Below, piece by piece: positions 17,858 through 27,142 of a stretch of 64,000 nucleotides of DNA; within the stretch, counting starts at the first letter, position 1, and each line of letters opens with the position of its first letter. Below the pieces are notes generated by a model, which searched no databases, was not told where the DNA came from, and saw only the letters and a list, made by a program, of their open reading frames with translations. Position numbers and translations under genes: made by a program. Source of the stretch: an uncultured Gammaproteobacteria bacterium (lineage in GTDB: Bacteria; Patescibacteriota; Patescibacteriia; Patescibacteriales; GWC2-42-12); assembly GCA_964467155.1 (NCBI GenBank), contig CAYXNZ010000005.1:2059-66058 (forward strand), read 5' to 3'.

Positions 17858-19315
17858 ATGTTTTTAAGAAAAATTATAAAAAAGAATAGTTGGATTTTTG
17901 TTGCCAATTTGATTATAAGTTTGATTTTATCTTCAACGCGAAGAGGTGTTGACGCTACATTCTTTAATTTAGTGCCTGCTATATTTGTTTTGTTTTTATT
18001 ATTGCCCCTAGTAAGCGGAATTATATTGGTATTAATTCAAAATAAAAATAGGAGTTACGAATTTTTGCCGAATCTATTGTTCGGTTCCTGTCTGAATAAC
18101 GCTATTATTATTTTGGTTATAAGTTCAACCGAATATTTCCGTCATGGTTATGCATATTGCCAGTTCATCGATATTTTTGAAATGATTCATTTATTTCTAC
18201 CTTTGTTTGCCATTTCTATTTTTGGCGGTTTGATTGGGTTGGTTATCAAAGGCACTTCTATACAATTTAAGAAATATCCCGATTCAAAAATAACCTTGGT
18301 TCTCAGGAAAATATTTGGAGGAATCTTTTTAAGCATCGGGGCAATCGGGTCATCCGTAGCTATCGTGGTTTTTTTAATATTAGTGCTTCATCCTTCAAGT
18401 TCTTGGCTTAATATGGTGATGGTTGATTTTAAACTTATAGAAGTGGTGGGATTTATGGCTTATTACTTATTACTTTTGTCAGCTTTGTCTATTGTTCTGA
18501 TTCCCTTGATTTTAATCATGATTTTGGGCTTAATGCTGTTCTTTTTTAAAAAGAAATTTTTTAATAAAAAACTATTTTCTCGCCTGATTATATATTTTTT
18601 TATCTGGCTAGTGATATTTTTACTTCTATCTTCTTACACCAAATCTAACTTTGAATTGAAAAAAGCAGAAATGAAAGAAAATCAAATAGAAAGACATTTT
18701 AATATTAAAAATTTTGATAATATTTACATTTCGCGTTTTGTTAAATTTGATGAAATAATAATCGGACAAGGCGATCAATTTGATATCATGACTAGCGGGA
18801 GCCAATACGATCAGATAGGTTTAAATTTTGAAAAAAAAGATGACGATACTTTATTGATAAAAAGATCTGAACTTGAAACTTATTATAATACTGATACATG
18901 GACAATGGAAAATAGAAATGCCTTATTTCCTGCAGGTACAAAACATTTAACAATAAAGATTATAATGCCAGATATAAGTAAGATAAAATCTGAGGGTGGA
19001 CATATCGAATTGCTTGATTTTAATATCGATAATATTGATATTAAATTAAATAAAAGGTTTAATAATATAAAAGGAAATATTTCAGTCAAAGATACATTAA
19101 AGCTTGATACCAAAGGTGGGATAATAAACTTAGTAGGATCGGCAAAAAATTTAGTAATAAATTCAGGTGACTGTTGGATAGAAATGGACAAGTTTAGTGT
19201 CGAAAATGCGACAATCAATGCAAAAAACACAAGCAGATTGAATGTAAATGTGAGTAACAATATGAAAATAGAGTTAAACAAAAATTCTGGCATCACTAAT
19301 CATTATATCGAATAA
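17858..19315 (+). CDS. Polytopic membrane protein with C-terminal DUF2807/DUF4097-like beta-helical (putative adhesin head) domain
   Basis: 485 aa with ~8 hydrophobic helices. This is followed by FNIKNFDNIYISRFVKFDEIIIGQGDQFDI..LIKRS.. and repeated I-x-L-x-V strands. Confidence 0.55.
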   Translation: MFLRKIIKKNSWIFVANLIISLILSSTRRGVDATFFNLVPAIFVLFLLLPLVSGIILVLIQNKNRSYEFLPNLLFGSCLNNAIIILVISSTEYFRHGYAYCQFIDIFEMIHLFLPLFAISIFGGLIGLVIKGTSIQFKKYPDSKITLVLRKIFGGIFLSIGAIGSSVAIVVFLILVLHPSSSWLNMVMVDFKLIEVVGFMAYYLLLLSALSIVLIPLILIMILGLMLFFFKKKFFNKKLFSRLIIYFFIWLVIFLLLSSYTKSNFELKKAEMKENQIERHFNIKNFDNIYISRFVKFDEIIIGQGDQFDIMTSGSQYDQIGLNFEKKDDDTLLIKRSELETYYNTDTWTMENRNALFPAGTKHLTIKIIMPDISKIKSEGGHIELLDFNIDNIDIKLNKRFNNIKGNISVKDTLKLDTKGGIINLVGSAKNLVINSGDCWIEMDKFSVENATINAKNTSRLNVNVSNNMKIELNKNSGITNHYIE

Positions 19316-19331
19316 ATATAATTTTAATTCT

Positions 19332-19353
19332 AACATCGTCCACGACCCCGAGC
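19332..19353 (+). repeat. Direct repeat, copy 2 (aacatcgtccacgaccccgagc)
   Basis: Exact 22-bp match to 13736-13757, 17 nt after the stop of 17858-19315. Confidence 0.8.
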
Positions 19354-19361
19354 CTCGAATA

Positions 19362-19392
19362 AAAAACATCCGCCCTTAGCGGATGTTTTTTA
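19362..19392 (+). terminator. Rho-independent terminator
   Basis: aaaaaacatccgc-cctta-gcggatgtttttt. Confidence 0.65.
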
Positions 19393-19408
19393 TTTTTCTC
19401 CTAAATTA

Positions 19409-19417
19409 TGCTATAAT
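19409..19417 (+). promoter_or_regulatory. Extended -10 promoter element TGCTATAAT
   Basis: The same 9-mer is found upstream of two other plus-strand genes (21508, 38390). Here it lies 48 nt upstream of the GTG start at 19465. Confidence 0.45.
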
Positions 19418-19464
19418 TTAGAATAATAATATCTTTATTTAAATAAAAATTAATAATTAAAACT

Positions 19465-19689
19465 GTGAAAATCAAAAAGTTATTTTTATTAAGCTGGAGA
19501 AAACTTTGGATAGTTGTTGTTGGAGGATTTATTTCAATAATTCTGCACAACTTAATAAGTGAATTGACGGGAACAGAGGAAGTTTTCTTCTTCATGCTCG
19601 TAATTTTCGTGTTACCCATTTATATTTTAATTGCCGTCATATACAGCTTGATTTACAAAATCAAAAATAGAAACCATAAGAATCCTTAA
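19465..19689 (+). CDS. Small two-helix membrane protein (hypothetical)
   Basis: 74-aa ORF with a GTG start and two hydrophobic segments. It is bracketed by a promoter-like element, direct repeat copy 3 and a terminator. Confidence 0.4.
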   Translation: MKIKKLFLLSWRKLWIVVVGGFISIILHNLISELTGTEEVFFFMLVIFVLPIYILIAVIYSLIYKIKNRNHKNP

Positions 19690-19703
19690 ATTACACCTAC
19701 TTA

Positions 19704-19721
19704 AACATCGTCCACGACCCC
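19704..19721 (+). repeat. Direct repeat, copy 3 (aacatcgtccacgacccc)
   Basis: Exact 18-bp match to the core of copies 1 and 2, 15 nt after the stop of 19465-19689. Confidence 0.75.
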
Positions 19722-19749
19722 AAATAAAAAATACTCAAAAAAATAAGAT

Positions 19750-19776
19750 AGCCCCGACCACTATGTGATCGGGGCT
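19750..19776 (-). terminator. Rho-independent terminator of the beta-CASP gene
   Basis: agccccga-ccactatgtga-tcggggct. The T-run is on the minus strand (the A-run at 19735-19749 on plus). Confidence 0.6.
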
Positions 19777-19781
19777 TTCTG

Positions 19782-21353
19782 TTATAAAATTTTGATTTCC
19801 TCATTCAATTGCGGAATTGAAATTTTACCTCTCCAATTACGTTCTGGAAAATCTAAAAGTTTTCGTTTTAATGCCAATCCGCTTTTTCTTTCTCCGTGGA
19901 CAATAAGTATCCGTGATTCATTGTCAGTTACCGCATTGGCATATTCTGTTAAATAACGACTGTCAGCATGAGCCGATAAACTGTCAAAAGAAACTATTTT
20001 CGCTCTAATAATAATTTCTTCATCATTCATATTGACAGCTCGGACTCCCTCCTTGAGTCTTCTCCCTAAGGTATCCTTTGCCATATAACCGACTAGACAT
20101 ACAGTGGTGTCATAGCGTGGTAACCCGCAACGCAAATGATTTCTGACTCTACCAGCATTGCACATGCCAGAACCAGCGATAACAATATAGGGCCCAGGTA
20201 ATTTTAATAAATTAACTGAGTCTAGCTCATCTGTTATCACCTTCAAAAAAGAATTATCATCTACAGCAAAAGGGTTAAAAGGTAAAACGTCTTGTCCTTT
20301 AAACATCGGGGAAGACCAATGTCTGGCATATACCGCAGTAATTTTGGAAGCCATGGGGGCGTCCAAGTAAATCGGGATTGAAGAAATCTTTCCTTCATGT
20401 ATTGCACAAGATAAAAGATAAATAATTTCCTGTGCTCTTTCAAGAGCAAATGAAGGAATGATTATTCTGTGTTTTTGTTCAATCGCCTCAGATACAAGAC
20501 TGAATAATTTATCTATTTCTTGCTGTCTTTTCGGATGCCTCCTATCACCGTAAGTAGATTCAATCATTAAATAATTAATTTTTGACTTAGGCATTTGAGG
20601 TGCAGGCAGTATAATCCCATCTTTTCTGCCTAAATCTCCAGCAAAAGCAAGCTTAAAATCCGGTGCATTATTTCGCGTAATACTAATTACGCCTAATGCT
20701 CCGCCTAAAACATGCCCAGTTTCATAAAATTCTAAATGAATACCTGTATTCAATTTAATTGAACGTCTATAGCCAAAACCTTCATTTTTCACTGAAGCAA
20801 GACAATTCTCTACATCTTTTACTGTAAAGAGGGGCTGTGTTTTTTTAATAACAGGATTCTTTTGTTTTTTATACTCTCCCCTGTGTCCCGCACAACCGCT
20901 ACGTCCACCTCTGTACCCCCCTTTGCTATGACCGTTACTCTTACATTTTCTTTGATTTTCGCTTACTCTCTTTTTTTGTTTGTCTTGATTTTTTGCATTC
21001 TGCATTTGTATCTTGGCAGAGTCCAAAAGCATTACTGGCAATAAGTCGCTAGTAGCTTCAGTGCAAATTACTCTACCTCGAAAACCTTTCCGAACAAGCA
21101 ATGGTAAACGCCCAACATGATCAATATGTCCGTGAGTAAGAAAAACGTAGTCAATACTACTCACATCCACCTTTTCTAAAATAGCGAGATTATTTTCTAC
21201 AAAATTTTTGAATCCACACTGGAACAATCCAACGTCCGTTAAAATTCTTGTAGTCCTTTTGCCTCTTTTTATAGTTGTTAAATAGCAAGATCCAGTTAAA
21301 TTTTCCCCAGAAGCAGTCCCACCTAAAATTTTCATATCAACCGTAACTCTCAT
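19782..21353 (-). CDS. MBL-fold beta-CASP ribonuclease (RNase J/CPSF-like) with a basic RGG-like insertion
   Basis: HGHIDH metallo-beta-lactamase motif (LTHGHIDHVG), beta-CASP-type downstream motifs (..ESTYGDR.., ..SAHAD.., ..VHGE). A K/R/G-rich insert lies at about residues 117-172. Confidence 0.8.
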   Translation of the reverse strand: MRVTVDMKILGGTASGENLTGSCYLTTIKRGKRTTRILTDVGLFQCGFKNFVENNLAILEKVDVSSIDYVFLTHGHIDHVGRLPLLVRKGFRGRVICTEATSDLLPVMLLDSAKIQMQNAKNQDKQKKRVSENQRKCKSNGHSKGGYRGGRSGCAGHRGEYKKQKNPVIKKTQPLFTVKDVENCLASVKNEGFGYRRSIKLNTGIHLEFYETGHVLGGALGVISITRNNAPDFKLAFAGDLGRKDGIILPAPQMPKSKINYLMIESTYGDRRHPKRQQEIDKLFSLVSEAIEQKHRIIIPSFALERAQEIIYLLSCAIHEGKISSIPIYLDAPMASKITAVYARHWSSPMFKGQDVLPFNPFAVDDNSFLKVITDELDSVNLLKLPGPYIVIAGSGMCNAGRVRNHLRCGLPRYDTTVCLVGYMAKDTLGRRLKEGVRAVNMNDEEIIIRAKIVSFDSLSAHADSRYLTEYANAVTDNESRILIVHGERKSGLALKRKLLDFPERNWRGKISIPQLNEEIKIL

Positions 21354-21507
21354 ACACTCTCCTTTCGATTTGGAAGTCAGAATGAGTTTTAATTTATTTT
21401 TTCAACGAACATCTCCTCCTTATTATTATTTATATTATCTAACAAAAATTAATCTCTCACAAGTTGATAACTTTTTAGATTAATTTACTGCTATTTACTC
21501 TGAAATA

Positions 21508-21516
21508 TGCTATAAT
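21508..21516 (+). promoter_or_regulatory. Extended -10 promoter element TGCTATAAT
   Basis: Lies 37 nt upstream of the ATG at 21553. Confidence 0.5.
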
Positions 21517-21552
21517 AATAGATAATAAAAACTTAAAATTAACAACAACTCT

Positions 21553-22695
21553 ATGAGTAAACAAAGTTTTTTTATTTCTTTGACGATAATCTTCGTCATA
21601 GCTTTCTCATTCAGCTCAATGGTCTTGGCTGAAGAAACAAATATAATAGATGAGAGTATTATCACTGCTGAAAACTTAGAAGAAATTGTTGATAAAGCAA
21701 TCGCTGATGCCGAAGACATAGTGTTAGCACCAGCTGAAGAACTAGAAGGAATTGAAATTAATGAATTAACTAAAATTCCTAGCGCTTTTGGTTTATTTTG
21801 GAAAAATATCAAAGAAAATGTCTCCCTGGCGTTTACTTTTAATGAAGAAAAAAAGACTGAACTACAATTAAAATTTGCTGAAGAACGAATAAAATTAGCC
21901 GAACTGATTACTGAATCAAGTGATAGTTCAGAAATGCAAGAAAAAGCAACTGCCATGATAAAAAAAGCCAAACAATATATGGAAAAAATTATGACCAAAA
22001 AGGAAAAATTTATTGAAAAAACTGATGACAGAACTACAAAACTATTAAAAAATATTTCTAAACATGAATTAAACAAAGAACGAGTGTTAGAAAAAATTGA
22101 AGATAAAATACCAGTCGAAAAATTAGAACAATTCCAAGCTTTCCGTCAAGAGATTGAACAAAAAGCTAAAACATTTTTTGATGATATAGAAAGTAATGAA
22201 AATATTTCTGATGAATTAAAAGAATTAATTATTGAAAAACAACAGCTTATTAAAAATAAAATACAAGAACGAGAAGAAGTTAGAAATGGACATCAAGAAC
22301 TATTAGAAGAAGCTTTGTCTGGCAATGACAAGGCAAAAGTTGAATTGCAAACACTTCGCACAGAAACTCTTGAGCAGAGAAAAGAAACAACCGATAATAT
22401 GCAGCTCTTGAAACAAGAATTGTTGGATAAACTAACTTCTGGTGATGAAAAATTAAAAACCGCTGCACTAGAACAACTTAAAAAATTGAAAGCTTCAACA
22501 ACCATGATTCAAAACCAATTAAAAGCTGAGGTAAAAAATATGATTAGAACAAGAAATGAAATAAAACAAAATGATAGTGGGAATAGCGATGAAGCCAGTC
22601 GAGTCAGAGCAGAAAACCAAAATAAAATTGAACGAGCTGAAAAATTAATTGATATGGTCATGCCAGCTAAAAACCAAACTGGACAAAACGAATAA
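21553..22695 (+). CDS. Secreted coiled-coil protein (hypothetical)
   Basis: 380 aa with a signal peptide (FFISLTIIFVIAFSFSSMVLA) and a long E/K-rich heptad-like sequence. It has its own promoter element and terminator. Confidence 0.65.
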   Translation: MSKQSFFISLTIIFVIAFSFSSMVLAEETNIIDESIITAENLEEIVDKAIADAEDIVLAPAEELEGIEINELTKIPSAFGLFWKNIKENVSLAFTFNEEKKTELQLKFAEERIKLAELITESSDSSEMQEKATAMIKKAKQYMEKIMTKKEKFIEKTDDRTTKLLKNISKHELNKERVLEKIEDKIPVEKLEQFQAFRQEIEQKAKTFFDDIESNENISDELKELIIEKQQLIKNKIQEREEVRNGHQELLEEALSGNDKAKVELQTLRTETLEQRKETTDNMQLLKQELLDKLTSGDEKLKTAALEQLKKLKASTTMIQNQLKAEVKNMIRTRNEIKQNDSGNSDEASRVRAENQNKIERAEKLIDMVMPAKNQTGQNE

Positions 22696-22713
22696 AAAAC
22701 AAAAATATATATT

Positions 22714-22752
22714 TAGACTAGACCATTTTATATAAAATGGTCTAGTTTTTTT
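22714..22752 (+). terminator. Rho-independent terminator
   Basis: ctagaccatttt-atat-aaaatggtctag followed by ttttttt. Confidence 0.7.
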
Positions 22753-22845
22753 AATGATATAAATATTAATTTAAGTCATTGGATAAAAATTCATTTTTGC
22801 AAGAAAATATTGTTTTTTTCGTATTACTTTATGTATACTATAGTT

Positions 22846-23433
22846 ATGATAGATAGCGAAAAATATCGCAAAAAAACCGACAATGAATTAGTTGAATTAA
22901 CTTTGGAAAACCAAAGCTATTTTTTGTATTTAATCGAAAAATATGAAAATAAACTTTTAAACTATATTTTAAGAATTTCTAATGTTAGTTACGAAGAAGC
23001 TGAAGATATTTTGCAAGACTCATTTATCAAAATTTATACAAATTTAAATGACTTTGACTTTAATCTAAAATTTTCTTCGTGGGCCTATCGTATTGTTCAC
23101 AATCAGGTTATAAATAATTATCGAAAGATACAGGCTCGCCCTCAATTATCAAATTTGCCCGACATTGATGACAATATGTTGAACAATTTAGCTTCTGATT
23201 TAAATTTAGAAAAAGAAATTGATTTCAAATTTTTGAAAAAAAATATCAACAAAATTTTAGATAAAATGGATATCAAATATAAAGAAATTTTAATATTAAA
23301 ATTCTTAGAAGAAAAAAATTACAATGAAATTTCAGATATTTTAAAAAAATCTTCGGGTACAGTTGCTTCTTTAATTAATCGAGCTAAGAAAAATTTTCAA
23401 CAAGAGCTAATCAATCAAAAAATTAAATTATAA
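22846..23433 (+). CDS. ECF-type RNA polymerase sigma factor (sigma-70 family, group 4)
   Basis: Region 2 (DILQDSFIKIY...FSSWAYRIVHNQVINNYRK) and region 4 HTH (YKEILILKFLEEKNYNEISDILKKSSGTVASLINRAKK). The start is set to the ATG at 22846 rather than the TTG at 22810. Confidence 0.85.
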   Translation: MIDSEKYRKKTDNELVELTLENQSYFLYLIEKYENKLLNYILRISNVSYEEAEDILQDSFIKIYTNLNDFDFNLKFSSWAYRIVHNQVINNYRKIQARPQLSNLPDIDDNMLNNLASDLNLEKEIDFKFLKKNINKILDKMDIKYKEILILKFLEEKNYNEISDILKKSSGTVASLINRAKKNFQQELINQKIKL

Positions 23434-23437
23434 ATAT

Positions 23438-24481
23438 ATGACTAATCATATCATTAGCAAAAAAATTCTCAACACCATAAAAGAAAAGAAAATACTACCT
23501 AAACCAAGATGGGAATTTGTATTAAAAAATTATTTTGTTTGGTCAATTGGCATTTTAGCTTTAATTGTTGGCAGTTTGGCGTTCTCGGTAATTATTTACA
23601 TGTCAAAATATAATGATTGGGATGTTTATCAAAACATTGAGAGTAATTTGGTAAAATTTATTTTAATGACTCTCCCCTATTTTTGGCTTATTTGTCTTGT
23701 CCTTTTTATTATTGTTGCTTTTTATAATTTTAAACATACTAAAAAAGGTTATAGATTTAATTTAATGGAGATAATTATCGCAATTATCTCCATCAGCCTT
23801 CTTTTTGGCGTTTTGTTGTATAATTTTGGTCTTGGACACGCAATTGATAAATTATCAACTGAACGTCTACCTTTTTATGAAAAATTAATGAATAACCGAC
23901 GTGCAATTTGGCAAAATCCAAATAAAGGTTTTTTAATCTGTGAAGTGATAGAAGTTGTGGACGATAAAAATATTATTACCGAAGATCCTACGGGAAATAT
24001 ATGGAATATCATCATAAAAGATATTCTGTCAAATTTTTCTAATATAATTCAAAAGGGAGATAAAGTTAAAATAATTGGTGAAAAACAAAACGATAATCTA
24101 TTTTATGCAAAAATAATTATACCAGCTCGACCACCAATGGAGACTTGGTTTAATGCTAGACGACCAATGCCTCACGATAATATAAAAAACAAATTAGAAA
24201 TGATAAATCAATTAGAAAAAGACAAAAAAGAAATTGGTAAAATTTGTGAAAATAATAACGATTGCCGAGTTCCCTTTTTCTACGCTATACGATCAGATTG
24301 CCCCTACGAATCAAAATGTATTGATAATAAATGTACTGTTCTCTGTCCCTGGACTGGACCAAATATTATAAATGCACCCTGTGAACAAACTTCAGACTGC
24401 GACTGCTCAAACTACTTACTAAACAATAAGGGAGAATGTATTTGTTTTGAAAAAAAATGTGCAATTGTTATAGATAAATAA
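23438..24481 (+). CDS. Membrane protein with extracytoplasmic Cys-rich C-terminal domain (possible anti-sigma partner, by position only)
   Basis: 347 aa with 4 TM helices after a short cytoplasmic N-terminus. The C-terminal region has 12 Cys. It starts 5 nt after the sigma gene. Confidence 0.55.
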   Translation: MTNHIISKKILNTIKEKKILPKPRWEFVLKNYFVWSIGILALIVGSLAFSVIIYMSKYNDWDVYQNIESNLVKFILMTLPYFWLICLVLFIIVAFYNFKHTKKGYRFNLMEIIIAIISISLLFGVLLYNFGLGHAIDKLSTERLPFYEKLMNNRRAIWQNPNKGFLICEVIEVVDDKNIITEDPTGNIWNIIIKDILSNFSNIIQKGDKVKIIGEKQNDNLFYAKIIIPARPPMETWFNARRPMPHDNIKNKLEMINQLEKDKKEIGKICENNNDCRVPFFYAIRSDCPYESKCIDNKCTVLCPWTGPNIINAPCEQTSDCDCSNYLLNNKGECICFEKKCAIVIDK

Positions 24482-24544
24482 TGAAAGAAAAAAACATTTT
24501 AAACGTATTAATTATAAGAAGGTTATTATTTAATTTCTATATTT

Positions 24545-26413
24545 ATGAAAAATTTTTTAGCTTTGATACTGAGGCATAAAATAATTGTCTCAATTATTGT
24601 GCTGTCATTGGTTGGTGGCAATTATTTTATTTATCAAAAAACAAATACTAGCGAAAGTGTTGTCAAATATACAACAGCAACAGTTGAATATGGCATGCTA
24701 ATTAATTCTCTGTCTGGCACAGGGCAAGTGTTGGCTAGCAATCAAGTAGAAATTAATCCAAAAGTTTCAGGTGATATTGTTCTATTGAATATCAAAAATG
24801 GACAAGAAGTTAAGAAAAATGATTTAATCACACAAATTGATGCTCGAGATGCAGTTGGCGAAGTCAACGAAGCTAAAAATGCATTAGAAAATGCTAAATT
24901 TGATTTAGAAGAGTTATTGGAGTCAGTTGATAGCTACATTCTTCTTCAAGCTGAAAATAATTTAGCTGACTCCCGCGACACTTTATCTAAATTAATAGTC
25001 AACCAAAAAAACGAATATCAAGATTTTTTGAAAGACAAGGATGACGCGGAAGATGATTTAGTTGAATCTTACGAAGATGCTTATAGCACTATCTCTAATG
25101 TATTTCTAGATTTACCTGATGTAGTCACCGGACTCTACGACACCTTATTTGGTGATACATTATCTGAAGCTGAAATTGTTTTTGGCAATAGTACGAACGA
25201 TCAAGCTTTGCTAAGTTCTTTTGATTCTAATGATTATGAACAACGAGACGAATTTGAAGAATTTGTTGATAGAGCTATTGACTACTACAACGATACTAAA
25301 GAATATTACGATTTAACTTTTGATCATTATAAAAATACCAACAGATATTCTAACGAAACAACAATAGAAGAACTTCTAGCAACAACCATTGAAACAATAA
25401 AAAAAACATCTGACACAATTAAAAGTGAGGTTAATATGTTTGATTATTGGATTGCTTATCGTACAGAAAAAAATTATGAAATTTATGGACAGATTGACAA
25501 TTATCAATCTGCTTTAAATTCATATACTTCTCTAACTAACAGTCATTTATCTAGCCTTTTGTCTGCCCAAAGATCAATTAAAAATTATAAAGAAGCTATA
25601 GAAGACGCTGAAAAAAATATAACCGATGCTGAAGTGGATAATCCGCTTGATTTAGCCCAAGCCGAAAGAAATGTAAAAGAAAAAGAAGAAAATTTAGCTG
25701 ATTTAATAGAAGGCGCCACTGAATTAGAAATTAAAAATGAAAAAATAACAATTCAGCAGAAAGAAAATTTATTAGTAACTGCTCAACAAAATTTGGCTAA
25801 TTGCTATATACGTGCCCCATTTGACGGTATTATGGCAGAAGTGAATATAAGTTTAGGCGATACGGTTTCTTCAGGCACAAATATAGGCTCTATAATTACT
25901 AATCAAAAAATTGCTGAAATAACTCTCAATGAAATTGATGCTGCTCAAGTAGCAATTGGGCAAAAAGCTAATCTAACTTTTGATGCAATATCAGATTTAT
26001 CAATTACTGGTGAGGTAGCTGAAATTGACACATTAGGAACAGTTAATTCGGGTGTAGTTAGTTATGATATAAAAATCGCCTTTGATGTCCAAGACGAAAG
26101 GATTAAGTCTGACATGAGTGTGAGCGTAGATATTATTACTGAATCTAAAGCTAATGTATTATTAACACCAATTAATGCTGTTAAAACTGTTGGTACAAAT
26201 AATTATGTAGAAATTTTAATTGACGGGCAAGTACAGAAAAAAAATGTAACGATTGGACTGAGTAGCGACATAATGATTGAAATTGTAGAAGGATTAGAAA
26301 AAAACGAAGAAATCATCACTCAGACTACAAATGGCTCCACCAGCTCTCAAACACAAAGTTCAAGTAAAAATAAAAACTCAAGCAAAATGGGTGGCATGAT
26401 GATGCTACGTTAA
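24545..26413 (+). CDS. Periplasmic adaptor (MacA/HlyD-family membrane fusion protein) with very long coiled-coil hairpin
   Basis: N-terminal TM, lipoyl-like (VSGDIVLLNIKNGQEVKKNDLI ... APFDGIMAEVNISLGDTV) and beta-barrel motifs. It is adjacent to ABC ATPase and permease genes. Confidence 0.75.
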   Translation: MKNFLALILRHKIIVSIIVLSLVGGNYFIYQKTNTSESVVKYTTATVEYGMLINSLSGTGQVLASNQVEINPKVSGDIVLLNIKNGQEVKKNDLITQIDARDAVGEVNEAKNALENAKFDLEELLESVDSYILLQAENNLADSRDTLSKLIVNQKNEYQDFLKDKDDAEDDLVESYEDAYSTISNVFLDLPDVVTGLYDTLFGDTLSEAEIVFGNSTNDQALLSSFDSNDYEQRDEFEEFVDRAIDYYNDTKEYYDLTFDHYKNTNRYSNETTIEELLATTIETIKKTSDTIKSEVNMFDYWIAYRTEKNYEIYGQIDNYQSALNSYTSLTNSHLSSLLSAQRSIKNYKEAIEDAEKNITDAEVDNPLDLAQAERNVKEKEENLADLIEGATELEIKNEKITIQQKENLLVTAQQNLANCYIRAPFDGIMAEVNISLGDTVSSGTNIGSIITNQKIAEITLNEIDAAQVAIGQKANLTFDAISDLSITGEVAEIDTLGTVNSGVVSYDIKIAFDVQDERIKSDMSVSVDIITESKANVLLTPINAVKTVGTNNYVEILIDGQVQKKNVTIGLSSDIMIEIVEGLEKNEEIITQTTNGSTSSQTQSSSKNKNSSKMGGMMMLR

Positions 26414-26418
26414 AACAT

Positions 26419-27126
26419 ATGATAAAATGTAAAAATATTTCAAAAGTTTATAAAACTGGTGACGTAAAAGTTGAAGTTTTAAAACAAATAAATTTTGATA
26501 TAGCCCAAGGTGAATTTGTAGCTATCATCGGTCCTTCTGGTTCTGGCAAGTCAACTTTGATGCATATACTAGGGGCTTTAGACAAACCGAGTGACGGTAA
26601 ATATTTTCTTGATAAAAAAGATATTTCAAAATTTTCTGAAGATGAATTAGCAGAAATCCGCTCGCGAAAAATTGGTTTTGTTTTTCAATCTTTCAATCTA
26701 TTATCTCGTTCCACTGTCTTGCGAAATGTAGTTATGCCATTACTGTATGACAATAAAATTTCAAAGGATAAGCGTCAACAAAGAGCAGAAAACGCTTTAA
26801 ATGCTGTTGGTTTAGAAAAAGAACGATGGCATCATTTATCAAACCAATTGTCTGGCGGACAAATGCAAAGAGTAGCTATCGCTAGAGCATTAGTCAACGA
26901 ACCAGACTTAATTTTGGCTGATGAACCAACTGGCAATCTTGACTCCAAGACTGGGGATATTGTTCTAGCTACTTTTAAAAAATTAAATAAAGAAAAAAAT
27001 CATACTGTTATTTTAATTACTCATGAGCGTTATGTAGCTGATCATGCCGACAGAGTTATCGAAATCAAAGACGGTCAAATTATTTCCGATAAAGAATCAA
27101 ATCATAATGGTCTAAAAAATAAATAA
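26419..27126 (+). CDS. ABC transporter ATP-binding protein (MacB/LolD-type)
   Basis: Walker [10 protein letters not shown], signature [15 protein letters not shown], Walker [10 protein letters not shown]. Confidence 0.9.
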   Translation: MIKCKNISKVYKTGDVKVEVLKQINFDIAQGEFVAIIGPSGSGKSTLMHILGALDKPSDGKYFLDKKDISKFSEDELAEIRSRKIGFVFQSFNLLSRSTVLRNVVMPLLYDNKISKDKRQQRAENALNAVGLEKERWHHLSNQLSGGQMQRVAIARALVNEPDLILADEPTGNLDSKTGDIVLATFKKLNKEKNHTVILITHERYVADHADRVIEIKDGQIISDKESNHNGLKNK

Positions 27127-27142
27127 TACCAATAAAATAAAT

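Noticed and set aside
21510-22076. A 188-aa minus-strand ORF overlapping the 21553-22695 gene.
   Set aside because: The plus-strand ORF has a TGCTATAAT promoter element, a signal peptide and a strong terminator. The minus-strand product is an S/F/I-rich low-complexity mirror of the E/K-rich sense protein.
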